52,460 bases of DNA from Thainema sp. (GTDB lineage: Bacteria > Cyanobacteriota > Cyanobacteriia > Phormidesmidales > Phormidesmidaceae): positions 1-52,460 of the forward strand of contig JBQLZK010000054.1 in assembly GCA_052168235.1 (NCBI GenBank). The letters run 5' to 3'. The position numbers and the translations under genes were made by a program. The notes under the pieces were generated by a model, which had not been told where the DNA came from, did not search any database, and saw only the letters and a list, made by a program, of their open reading frames with translations. Shown piece by piece: positions 19,551-28,915 of this stretch (its first letter is position 1; each line of letters starts with the position of its first letter).

Positions 19551-20315
19551 ATGGTTGCATCCAAAGACGAACGGATTCTAATCACGAAGACTCCTCTCAG
19601 CCAGCAGCTCAGCCAATCCAGCTCTTCGCTTCTGGGCCGCTATCAGGCCAAGGCGCTTGGCGATAGCAGTCTGATGGCGCTCATGCGCTATGAACTGCTC
19701 CAGTTTTTGTTTGGCGACCTCAGCGGTGCACCTGGCTATTTGCTGCGGAAGATGACGTATCCCAAACTGTTTAAGCAGGCAGGTCGGGGCGTCATTTTTG
19801 GCAAGGGATTGGCAATTCGGCACCCCGGTAAAATCAGCTTGGGTGAGCGGGTCGCGATTGATGACTACAGCCTGTTGGATGCTAGCGGCGCAGGTGAGCA
19901 GGGAATTGAGATTGGAGCCGATGTAATTATTTCCCGCAACTGCGTTATTCAAGGGAAAACGGGCCCCGTATCCATTGGTCAAAAAACCGATATTGGCTGC
20001 AACACAATTCTGTCATCCGGTGGCGGCATCGAAATTGGTGAATCTGCTTTGATCGCTGGGAACTGCTATATCGGTGGTGGACGTTACGTAACCGATCGGC
20101 TCGATATTCCAATGATGGAGCAAGGCGTCTACACCAAAGGCCCGGTTGTAATCGGCGATGGCGCTTGGATTGGAGCTGGAGCAACTGTGCTGGATGGTGT
20201 TCGGGTTGGTAAAGGCGCAATTGTTGGTGCAGGCGCAGTTGTCACGAAAGATTTACCGGATTTTGCGATCGCAGCTGGCGTTCCCGCCAAAGTCATCAAA
20301 ATCCGCGAACCTTAG
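19551..20315 (+). CDS. Hexapeptide-repeat (LbH) acyltransferase
   Basis: Repeated [IV]G hexapeptides; VVIGDGAWIGAGATVLDGVRVGKGAIVGAGAVVTKD, GVPAKVI. Confidence 0.92.
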   Translation: MVASKDERILITKTPLSQQLSQSSSSLLGRYQAKALGDSSLMALMRYELLQFLFGDLSGAPGYLLRKMTYPKLFKQAGRGVIFGKGLAIRHPGKISLGERVAIDDYSLLDASGAGEQGIEIGADVIISRNCVIQGKTGPVSIGQKTDIGCNTILSSGGGIEIGESALIAGNCYIGGGRYVTDRLDIPMMEQGVYTKGPVVIGDGAWIGAGATVLDGVRVGKGAIVGAGAVVTKDLPDFAIAAGVPAKVIKIREP

Positions 20316-20417
20316 TCACAGGCCGTCTATTGGTCAACCTCCAACGATCAACTATTAACTATCAATCCTTAACAACTAACCTTTTCTCATCAACCTCTCA
20401 TCACTGGAACTGCATCC

Positions 20418-21419
20418 GTGAACAGAAAAAAAGCACTTCAGACCGGACTTAAATTTGCCATTTCTATCGCCCTAATGGTCTGGATTCTCCAGGGCGTTGA
20501 TCTGACAGAAACACTTGCAATTATTGGTTCTGCAAATATCTTTGTCCTGCTGTTTGCCTTCCTATTCAAACTCTTTGGCTATTACATCAGCGCAATTCGA
20601 TGGCGTCTTTTGTTACGAGCACAAGGTGCCGATGCCAGCATTCCATTTTTGATTAGCTCTTACTGGGTTGGTTTTTTCTTTAATAACATCTTGCCTTCCA
20701 GTATTGGCGGTGATGTGATTCGCGTCTATGATTCCTGGCGAGCGGGAGCTGATCGAGCAACGGCTTTAACGGTTATCTTTGTTGATCGCTTTCAAGGCAT
20801 TCTGGCGCTGATGTTTATTGTGCTCGTGATGCTCTTGATTCCGAGTCCACTCACGGCCAACATTCCACTCACGGGATTAGGTGTGCTGCTAGGACTGATT
20901 GGCATGCTTGTCCTGTGCTGGCTCATCTTCGTTACCCCACGCACACTCTCAAACTGGGTTGGTCGGATTCAGTGGAAGCCCGTGCAGAAGATTAGCGCAA
21001 CGCTGGGCAAAATCGCGATCGCATTCGAAGTCTTTCAGAAGCAAAAAGCGGTATTAGTTAATGCTTTATTACTATCATTTTTGCTTCAAATCAACGTTGT
21101 AGTTTATCACTACATTGTAGCTGTCGCTCTCAATTTAGACGTTCCTTTTTATAGCTACTTTATTACCATTCCCGTCATAACCTTGATTACCACATTGCCT
21201 ATTTCCATCAATGGTATTGGTGTCAGAGAGCAGCTATTTATTGCCTTTTTTGCTGTATTTGCAGTGCCAAAGACAGAAGCTCTAGCTTATTCTCTTCTCC
21301 TCTATGGCATCCTGTTGATTCAAGGTTTGATCGGTGGTTTAGTTTACGCATTCCGCAAGGAAAGCGTTTCTAAGATGCAAAATCAGTCTGCGTTGCAAGA
21401 AGAAAACTCTCAGGCTTGA
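20418..21419 (+). CDS. Lysylphosphatidylglycerol-synthase-TM / UPF0104 flippase-like membrane protein
   Basis: AIRWRLLL, FFNNILPSSIGGDVIR, DRF, LPISINGIGVRE; multiple TM helices. Confidence 0.88.
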   Translation: MNRKKALQTGLKFAISIALMVWILQGVDLTETLAIIGSANIFVLLFAFLFKLFGYYISAIRWRLLLRAQGADASIPFLISSYWVGFFFNNILPSSIGGDVIRVYDSWRAGADRATALTVIFVDRFQGILALMFIVLVMLLIPSPLTANIPLTGLGVLLGLIGMLVLCWLIFVTPRTLSNWVGRIQWKPVQKISATLGKIAIAFEVFQKQKAVLVNALLLSFLLQINVVVYHYIVAVALNLDVPFYSYFITIPVITLITTLPISINGIGVREQLFIAFFAVFAVPKTEALAYSLLLYGILLIQGLIGGLVYAFRKESVSKMQNQSALQEENSQA

Positions 21420-21496
21420 TTCTAGTGGCTTTTTTTCAGTATTTCGTATTGGCTGATTCATTAAACTTGATCCATTAAGTCTGAACTTCAAATCAA

Positions 21497-22453
21497 ATGC
21501 TAGTTAGTCAAGGTAAAGCCAGATTCTACGAATCCTTTAGCGATCAACATCGATATTGGAAGTGGTTATATCAATTAATTAGCCATTTCTATCATCGTTA
21601 TCATCATTTAGAACTAAAGCAAATTCTAAATCTGCGAATTGCATCTCCTCAGCCTACCAAAACGGTTCGATTCTATGCAGATGACCTACAGTTGGTGGGT
21701 GATGTTTATTTACCTCGTGAGAATCCAACCGCTTCAACTATTGTTTTGCTGCACGGTTCATCAGTTTTTGGTCGAAAGCTAACGCTGATGAGGGCTCTAG
21801 CTCAAGAAATGCGTGCTTTGGGTTATGCCATGTTTGTCTTTGACATGCGGGGCTACGGACAATCACAAGATCCGCAGGACTATACTATTAAAAATTTCGA
21901 CTTTGCTCAGGACGTTGTGTCGGCAGTTGACTATTTGAAAGCTAATTATCCTGAACATAGCGAAAATCTTTATGTGTTTGGTCATTCCTGGGGTGGTGCA
22001 GTTGCGCTGGCAGCACAAGCTCGCGATTCACGTATCCAAAAAACGATTTCGTTTGGGCCACCACGTCGGCTATCAGAGCGATTTTTAAATCCTGAAGCAC
22101 GGGAGAAAAAGAAGCTACTGATGCGATGGCAAGCTGATATGCAACTGAACCATCCGATCAGCTTCGAACTGTGGCAACAGGTACTAGAGCCGCTCAATAT
22201 TGAAAACTACGTTGATGCCTTTTCACAAAGTACCCAAAAGCCCATTTTCTTGGTTGATGCCGAAAATGAACCGGCGGCTGACTTACAGTTTCTGCGCGAT
22301 ATTTATCGGACGTCTTCCAACCAAATCCAGTACTGGACAGCACCACAGACGGATCATTATTTAGGCAGCGGATTTATATTCGGCATTCCCTGCTACGACA
22401 AAGAAATGGTTTCTAACTTTGTCACTCGTATAAATCAGTGGCTGATTTCTTGA
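21497..22453 (+). CDS. Alpha/beta hydrolase
   Basis: LLHG, FDMRGYGQS, GHSWGG nucleophile elbow, TDH. Confidence 0.85.
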   Translation: MLVSQGKARFYESFSDQHRYWKWLYQLISHFYHRYHHLELKQILNLRIASPQPTKTVRFYADDLQLVGDVYLPRENPTASTIVLLHGSSVFGRKLTLMRALAQEMRALGYAMFVFDMRGYGQSQDPQDYTIKNFDFAQDVVSAVDYLKANYPEHSENLYVFGHSWGGAVALAAQARDSRIQKTISFGPPRRLSERFLNPEAREKKKLLMRWQADMQLNHPISFELWQQVLEPLNIENYVDAFSQSTQKPIFLVDAENEPAADLQFLRDIYRTSSNQIQYWTAPQTDHYLGSGFIFGIPCYDKEMVSNFVTRINQWLIS

Positions 22454-22480
22454 ATTACAGCGATAGCCATATTGATTAAG

Positions 22481-22519
22481 ACGTTTTTGTGGCGCGGCAA
22501 AGCCGCGCCACAAAAACGT
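22481..22519. repeat. 18-bp-arm hairpin of the same family as 932-978
   Basis: acgtttttgtggcgcggc-aaa-gccgcgccacaaaaacgt. Confidence 0.9.
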
Positions 22520-22563
22520 TTATTTCCTAATAGAACTGAGCCAAATTCATTAATTTTCAAGCA

Positions 22564-22602
22564 CAACAGAAGCGGCTAGCGGTCAGCTAGCCGCTTCTGT
22601 TG
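22564..22602. repeat. 17-bp-arm perfect hairpin
   Basis: caacagaagcggctagc-ggtca-gctagccgcttctgttg. Confidence 0.85.
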
Positions 22603-22960
22603 CGTTGGCTTAATTAGCTTCTAGAAAACTAAGTATGCTTGTGAAGCTAGTGTGAATAACAACTTTCACTGATGACAAATTATCCATAAAAATAGCTAAC
22701 TAGAAATAAAGAAGAAGCAGATGCGATCGCATCTTTTCTTACTTTTATTTTTACTGATAAATCATCAAAAACTGCGGCAAGCCTCCCAAACTATGTCTGC
22801 TGTTTTTGGAAAATCACTAGCTCACAAGAAAAACAACCTAGATACTGAAAGGCCCGCGCATTCTGCGCGGGTTTCTCAATGGGAATTACACATGAGCAGT
22901 TTGAGGGATTGCATCAACCATTTAGCCTCCATTATTTGATAAAAAGGAAACGAAGACGAA

Positions 22961-25900
22961 ATGGATCTAATCCGTCGCATTGAAGCAGAAAGTTTGAATT
23001 TAGCGGGATATGTAACCGCATCTAAAAGCTTTGCTTCGGGTGGTGTCTATATTGAGCTAAATAGTGTAGGCTCAGGAACTGCCACCACTACGTTTGCTGC
23101 ACTGGGTGATGCCCCTGCCGGAACGTATAACATCACCATCGGTGCTTATGATGAGTCGGATGGTGCCTCGCAGTTAACTCTCTATGTTGATGGGCAGCTA
23201 GTTGGTACAACAATCCTCAACCAAAGCGCTGGTGGAACCCGCGCTGAGGCCCGCAACTTAAGACAAATTACGTTTCAAGGTGTTAACTTAACGCCAACTT
23301 CCCAAATTCAACTTGTAGGAACACTGGATGCAGGGGAACAGGCTCGCGTTGATTACCTAGAATTTTCGCTCGTGCAAGCGACTGGTGGAGGTGGAACGAC
23401 TCCGCCCGCCAACCAATCCCCCGATGCGGTCAACGACACGGCCAGCACAACTGCGAATACTGCCGTATCTATTGACGTCTTGGGCAACGATACTGATCCC
23501 GATGGCAATCCGCTAAGTATTACCTCTGTGCAGCCGACTTCTGCTCAAGGCGGCAGCGTTGTTGTGAATTCAAACGGAACCTTACAGTACACGCCTGCGG
23601 CTAACTTCAGTGGCACAGATGCGTTTACTTACACCATCCAGGATGGTCGAGGTGGACAGGATACAGCAACGGTTACTGTCAATGTTGCACCGCCTGTAAC
23701 ACCTCCTCCCAGTGGAGGTAGACCTGCAACTTCACTCAAAGTCGAAGCCGAGACCATGGTGCTGGCCAACGGCTATGAGGTGGAAAGCCAAACCTTTGCC
23801 TCTGGCGGCAAGATGATTCGGCTGAATAACAATGCCACTGAAGGAAGTGCGACGATCACCTCATTCGACAACGGTTCGGGTGTCTACAAAGTGACGTTGG
23901 TTGTTCACGATGAGAGTGATGGGATCTCAACCCTGAAGCTGGTAGTAGATGGACAGCAGGTTGCGGTGGTGGCAATGGACAAGAGTGCAGGTGGCACTCG
24001 CGCTACGGAGCAGAACCGACGCCTCATCGAGATCCCTAACATCACCATCAACGAAGGAGCGCAAGTTCAGATCATCGGTACGCTCAACAGTGGTGAAGTT
24101 GCTCGGATTGACTACGTCCAGTTTGACCCTATTTCGACACCAACCAATCGTCCACCGGATGCGGTCAATGACACGGCTAATACCGATGCCAACACGGCAG
24201 TGTTCATTAATGTGCTGGGCAATGACACTGATCCGGATGGCAATCCTCTCAGTATCACTGGGGTGCAATCTACGTCTGCCCAGGGCGGCAGCGTTGTTGT
24301 GAATTCAAACGGAACCCTACAGTACACGCCTGCAGCTAATTTCAGTGGAACAGATACATTTACCTACACCATTCAAGATGGTCAGGGTGGACAGGACACG
24401 GCAACGATTACTGTGAATGTTGCGCCTCCTCCCAGTGGCGGTAAACCTGCAACTTCACTCAAAGTCGAAGCCGAGAACATGGTGCTGGCCAACGGCTATG
24501 AGGTGGAAAGCCAAACCTTTGCCTCTGGCGGCAAGATGATTCGGCTGAATAACAATGCCACTGAAGGAAGTGCGACGATCACCTCATTCGACAACGGTTC
24601 GGGTGTCTACAAAGTGACGTTGGTTGTTCACGATGAGAGTGATGGGATCTCAACCCTGAAGCTGGTAGTAGATGGACAGCAGGTTGCGGTGGTGGCAATG
24701 GACAAGAGTGCAGGTGGCACTCGCGCTACGGAGCAGAACCGACGCCTCATCGAGATCCCTAACATCACCATCAACGAAGGAGCGCAAGTTCAGATCATCG
24801 GTACGCTCAACAGTGGTGAAGTTGCTCGGATTGACTATGTCCAGTTTGACCCTATTTCGACACCAACCAATCGTCCACCCGATGCGGTCAATGACACAGC
24901 GAATACCGATGCCAATACGGCAGTGTCCATTAACGTCTTAGGCAATGACACTGACCCCGATGGCAATCCACTGAGTATAACTGGGGTGCAATCTACGTCT
25001 GCACAGGGTGGCAGCGTTGTAGTTAATGCCAACGGTACGGTGAACTATACGCCCGCTGAAGATTTTAGCGGTACGGATACATTCACCTATACGATTCAGG
25101 ATAGTCAGGGTGGACAGGACACGGCAACTGTAACCGTGACGGTCGCGCCGTTGCCGACCAATCCAGGAACCGCCAACTATGCGAATGCTGTTCAAGGCAT
25201 TATCGCGAATCTCAACACTCGGACGGTGTTGAAGCCTGTATATGGCAATTTAGCGACGCCTAAGATCATGGCGCTAGGAGACTCGATTACAGCGGGTGTC
25301 CATCGCAACAGTCCCTATCCTGGAGCTTATCGAGTCCAGATGTGGGAACGATTTGAGGAGGATGGCTTAGTTGGCAATGCACAAACCGTGAACTTTGTGG
25401 GTTCGCAGAAAAACACCAATGCCCCAGCCAACCTTTTAGATGTCGATCATGAAGGGCATCCTGGGGAAAAGATTAGCTACATTAGCAGTCTGGTTGATGG
25501 CGGGTTGATGAGTGCGTATCAGCCCGATGCGGTTCTGTTGATGATTGGGACGAATGATGCGGGTGGCCATAATCCATCGGGCATGATCAAGAGCTTAGAA
25601 TCTCTGATTAACAAAATTACCGCTCAATCGCCGGAGACGTATCTCTTAGTTTCAACCATTACGCCGATTCCATCGGATCGCGATCGCGGATCCGTTGCAT
25701 CTTCGCAAACCGTTGCAGAGTACAACCGATTGATTCGGGAGCTAATTCCGAAAAAGATTGCAGAGGGCAAGAGAATCAAGCTAGTTGAAGCAGGCGGCAG
25801 CTTAACCTGGGATGACATGCTGGCCAACGATGCCCTGCACCCAACGGCGGCAGGCTATGACAAGATGGGCAATACTTGGTATGACTCATTGATTGGCAAA

Positions 25901-26359
25901 GATGCGATCGCAACCAATGTGACAAACCTCGTCGGTAGTCGGTATAGCGATACCCTAATTGGCAATGGTGGCAACAATATCCTGCAAGGAAATGGTGGCG
26001 ATGACATCTTGACCGGGGGCGGCGGCAGCGATACGTTTGCTTATACCAATCCGAATCAAGGTATAGATGCAATCACCGACTTTGGCGCAAACGATTTCTT
26101 CCAAATTTTGGCCTCTGCTTTCGGTGGTGGTCTAACGACTGGGATGAGTTTGGCCAGCAACACAGCCTCCAGTACGGGTGCATTGGTCGTTGGTTCAAAC
26201 CCGACTGCGGTGGGGAACAACGCTAATTTCCTGTACAACACCAGCAATGGCCTATTGAGTTTTGATGTCGATGGTGTTGGTGGGCAAAGCGCTGTTGGGC
26301 TTGCTTATCTGAGCAATCGACCTGCTTCTCTATCGGTCAATCAGTTTCAAATCGTGTAG
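22961..26359 (+). CDS. Large secreted protein: 3x (CBM6/35-like + cadherin/Ig-like) + SGNH/GDSL esterase + RTX C-terminus
   Basis: xEAE...R[VI]DY jelly-roll modules; PDAVND...YTP..FSGTDxFTYTIQD repeats; GDSIT, GHPG, GTND, DALHP; Gly-rich nonapeptides; no signal peptide. Confidence 0.85.
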   Translation: MDLIRRIEAESLNLAGYVTASKSFASGGVYIELNSVGSGTATTTFAALGDAPAGTYNITIGAYDESDGASQLTLYVDGQLVGTTILNQSAGGTRAEARNLRQITFQGVNLTPTSQIQLVGTLDAGEQARVDYLEFSLVQATGGGGTTPPANQSPDAVNDTASTTANTAVSIDVLGNDTDPDGNPLSITSVQPTSAQGGSVVVNSNGTLQYTPAANFSGTDAFTYTIQDGRGGQDTATVTVNVAPPVTPPPSGGRPATSLKVEAETMVLANGYEVESQTFASGGKMIRLNNNATEGSATITSFDNGSGVYKVTLVVHDESDGISTLKLVVDGQQVAVVAMDKSAGGTRATEQNRRLIEIPNITINEGAQVQIIGTLNSGEVARIDYVQFDPISTPTNRPPDAVNDTANTDANTAVFINVLGNDTDPDGNPLSITGVQSTSAQGGSVVVNSNGTLQYTPAANFSGTDTFTYTIQDGQGGQDTATITVNVAPPPSGGKPATSLKVEAENMVLANGYEVESQTFASGGKMIRLNNNATEGSATITSFDNGSGVYKVTLVVHDESDGISTLKLVVDGQQVAVVAMDKSAGGTRATEQNRRLIEIPNITINEGAQVQIIGTLNSGEVARIDYVQFDPISTPTNRPPDAVNDTANTDANTAVSINVLGNDTDPDGNPLSITGVQSTSAQGGSVVVNANGTVNYTPAEDFSGTDTFTYTIQDSQGGQDTATVTVTVAPLPTNPGTANYANAVQGIIANLNTRTVLKPVYGNLATPKIMALGDSITAGVHRNSPYPGAYRVQMWERFEEDGLVGNAQTVNFVGSQKNTNAPANLLDVDHEGHPGEKISYISSLVDGGLMSAYQPDAVLLMIGTNDAGGHNPSGMIKSLESLINKITAQSPETYLLVSTITPIPSDRDRGSVASSQTVAEYNRLIRELIPKKIAEGKRIKLVEAGGSLTWDDMLANDALHPTAAGYDKMGNTWYDSLIGKDAIATNVTNLVGSRYSDTLIGNGGNNILQGNGGDDILTGGGGSDTFAYTNPNQGIDAITDFGANDFFQILASAFGGGLTTGMSLASNTASSTGALVVGSNPTAVGNNANFLYNTSNGLLSFDVDGVGGQSAVGLAYLSNRPASLSVNQFQIV
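23702..25147 (+). repeat. Intragenic 723-bp tandem duplication
   Basis: 23702 and 24425 both begin cctcctcccagtgg; the CBM-like part is almost identical at nucleotide level. Confidence 0.92.
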
Positions 26360-26499
26360 TCTCAGACCATTGCGGCTTTGCGACTACAGATTATTCTCAG
26401 CCTTTTAACGCGGTGAGGCGAGAAGCCTGAGGAGTTGGTGGTTGCAAGTGTTTGTAAAGGTATTATCGGGTCGCCGCATCCAGTGGCTAGATAATACCT

Positions 26500-28803
26500 T
26501 TACAAAAGGTCGTCTAAAAACTGGGCGGCAGACTCGGCATCCATTGGTCTAGAAAATAGATATCCCTGGGCAAGTTCACACTTGAGGAGCTTAAGCTGAG
26601 TGACCTGCTTATTATTTTCAACGCCTTCGGCTACAACTTCAATACCAAGATTCCATGCGAGGGAAGCGACAGTCCGGATGATTTCAAGTTTAGAAAAGTC
26701 ACTGTCGGCCTGTTGAATAAAGGATGAATCAATTTTGAGGATATCAATTGGAAACAAATGCAGGTGGCTCAAGGATGAATAGCCCGTGCCAAAATCATCC
26801 ATACATAGTTGAACACCTAATGCTTTGAGCTGACCCATTTGTGCTGAAGCATGTTCAACATTTTCCATGATGGCGCTCTCAGTAATTTCTAAAGTCAGAC
26901 AGCTTGGCTCCAATCCTGTTTCTGCCAGAATGGCTTGAATTTGGTTAATCAGATTATCTTGGGCAAACTGGCGACGCGAAATATTAACGCTGATAGACAG
27001 TGGGGAATCACTGTAGTATTGCTGCTGCCACTGGCGAATTTGTTGACAGGCTTGTTCCAGTGACCACCAACTAATGGGGACAATCAGCCCCGTTTCTTCA
27101 GCGATCTTGATAAATTCGGCGGGCATGACAATGCCTTTTTCGGGGTGCTGCCAGCGAATCAGTGCCTCAAACCCAATGATGCGACGGCTGCGTAGGGACA
27201 CAATGGGCTGATAATACAGCTTAAATTCTTGGCGATTCAACGCCTGACGCAAATCGGACTCCATGCTAAGCGCTGCGATCGCAGATTCTCGCATAGCCTG
27301 AGTAAAAAACGCATACTGCCCTTTACCAGATGCTTTGGCATGATACATGGCTGTATCGGCATCTCGCAAAAATTCCTCGGGCTGCGTGTAGTCCACCGAA
27401 CTCATGACAATCCCAATACTGGCGTTGACATAGACTTCGCGGTTTTCTAAATGAATTGGGCGGCTGAGTTCGTCTTGAATTCGCTGCACAATGGTGATGG
27501 CGCTCTGGTCAGACTGGACGAATTCGAGCAGCGCCACAAATTCATCTCCCCCGAGCCGCGCACAAGTATCGCTATTGCGCAAACCTTTTTTTAGGCGTTC
27601 TGCCACCGTAATCAGTAGCTGGTCGCCCACCAAATGCCCCATACTGTCGTTGATCAGCTTGAAGCGGTCTAGATCGAGGAAAATGACCGCAAACGCCATA
27701 TCTTCATAGCGCTGCACCATTCGCATCGCATGCTCAAGCCGATCCATAAATAGGGAGCGATTGGCTAATCCAGTTAGCTGATCGTGCAGAGCGAGATAGC
27801 GGAGCTGATCGTTGGTGGTTTTGCTAATCGTAATATCGGTTTGGAAACCAGCAATTCGGCGCGCTTCTCCGTGGGGATCCCGGAGGGCTAATCCTCGACT
27901 TTGCATCCAGCGATAGGAACCATCTCGATGCAGTAGCCGATACTCGCTGCGGAACTGTGGCGTCAAACCTTGAGCATGGTGATCAACCGCCTGATACAGC
28001 TTTTTGATGTCCTCAGGATGCACACGGCTCATCCACTCGGAAAGCTTGTTGTCTAACTCATGATCAGCGTAACCGAGCGTGGATTTCCACGCGGCTGAAA
28101 AATAAACTGCATTGGTGCGTAAGTTCCAGTCCCAGACGCCATCATGGGAGCCATTAACGGCGAGAGCGTAGCGTTCTTCACTTTCCCGCAGGACGGACTC
28201 AATCGCCTGTAGTTCATTCACCTGCTGCCGCAGTTTTGCCTGAACAACCTCGGCCTGAGCGACCTGCTGCGTCATCTCCCGCACCTGCTGCCGTTCTAGG
28301 GCAAGGACAATGATTTGACCAATAGCCCGCAGAAAGATGAGACCTTCACCAAAGTTGAGAGGTCGGTGCGATCGCAGAGTTTGAATTTCCAGGATGCCGT
28401 AAAGGGAAGACTGCCGCCGCAGTGGAATGCTAATGCTGCTAAACGAGTGAGTCGAATTGGCTGATTCAAAGCTTTCCGGCAGTGAAAAACGGGTCTCCTG
28501 GCTCCAGTCCTCAATCATGAGAGGCTGGGTCATCCGCAACAAATAGTCACCGTAGGAACCGGGGGCAATCTCTATTTGAGGCAGTGTCGATAACTGCGAC
28601 CAGCCGACTCCGGCTTGTAGGTGGAGCGACTGTTGATGCGGCAAATATTGCCAAATGCCAACCCGCTGAACTGCGATTGCATTTGAAATACTATAGACAA
28701 CCTGTTCCATAAACTGGGGCATGGACAGGTCTTGCTGAAGCAAGGTTTCCAGCTCGGTGAGAGCGGCGTTGAGGGTGGTGACGTTCAACTTTGGTGCGTT
28801 CAT
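26500..28803 (-). CDS. GAF-PAS-GGDEF-EAL diguanylate cyclase/phosphodiesterase
   Basis: GSHDGVWDW..RVHPED PAS domain; HDQLTGLANR, RLGGDEF, FEALIRW, DDFGTGYSSL. Start is 28803 or 28857. Confidence 0.93.
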   Translation of the reverse strand: MNAPKLNVTTLNAALTELETLLQQDLSMPQFMEQVVYSISNAIAVQRVGIWQYLPHQQSLHLQAGVGWSQLSTLPQIEIAPGSYGDYLLRMTQPLMIEDWSQETRFSLPESFESANSTHSFSSISIPLRRQSSLYGILEIQTLRSHRPLNFGEGLIFLRAIGQIIVLALERQQVREMTQQVAQAEVVQAKLRQQVNELQAIESVLRESEERYALAVNGSHDGVWDWNLRTNAVYFSAAWKSTLGYADHELDNKLSEWMSRVHPEDIKKLYQAVDHHAQGLTPQFRSEYRLLHRDGSYRWMQSRGLALRDPHGEARRIAGFQTDITISKTTNDQLRYLALHDQLTGLANRSLFMDRLEHAMRMVQRYEDMAFAVIFLDLDRFKLINDSMGHLVGDQLLITVAERLKKGLRNSDTCARLGGDEFVALLEFVQSDQSAITIVQRIQDELSRPIHLENREVYVNASIGIVMSSVDYTQPEEFLRDADTAMYHAKASGKGQYAFFTQAMRESAIAALSMESDLRQALNRQEFKLYYQPIVSLRSRRIIGFEALIRWQHPEKGIVMPAEFIKIAEETGLIVPISWWSLEQACQQIRQWQQQYYSDSPLSISVNISRRQFAQDNLINQIQAILAETGLEPSCLTLEITESAIMENVEHASAQMGQLKALGVQLCMDDFGTGYSSLSHLHLFPIDILKIDSSFIQQADSDFSKLEIIRTVASLAWNLGIEVVAEGVENNKQVTQLKLLKCELAQGYLFSRPMDAESAAQFLDDLL

Positions 28804-28915
28804 ACCTTGCTTATGACTCGGACTCACGGCAACAGGCTTACTATTTAGAAAGCCCATAATGGGCAGATTTCTCACAGTGATGCAGAATGCCGTTTGGCCA
28901 TCTGCTGGGATTGAC

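Noticed and set aside
22700..22960. c-di-GMP riboswitch or leader ORF upstream of the RTX protein
   Set aside because: Only a small hairpin (cccgcgca-ttc-tgcgcggg) is visible, the riboswitch consensus is not met, and the 72-aa ORF has no support.
23927..25195. Pairs of near-identical small ORFs in alternative frames
   Set aside because: They are by-products of the 723-bp intragenic duplication.
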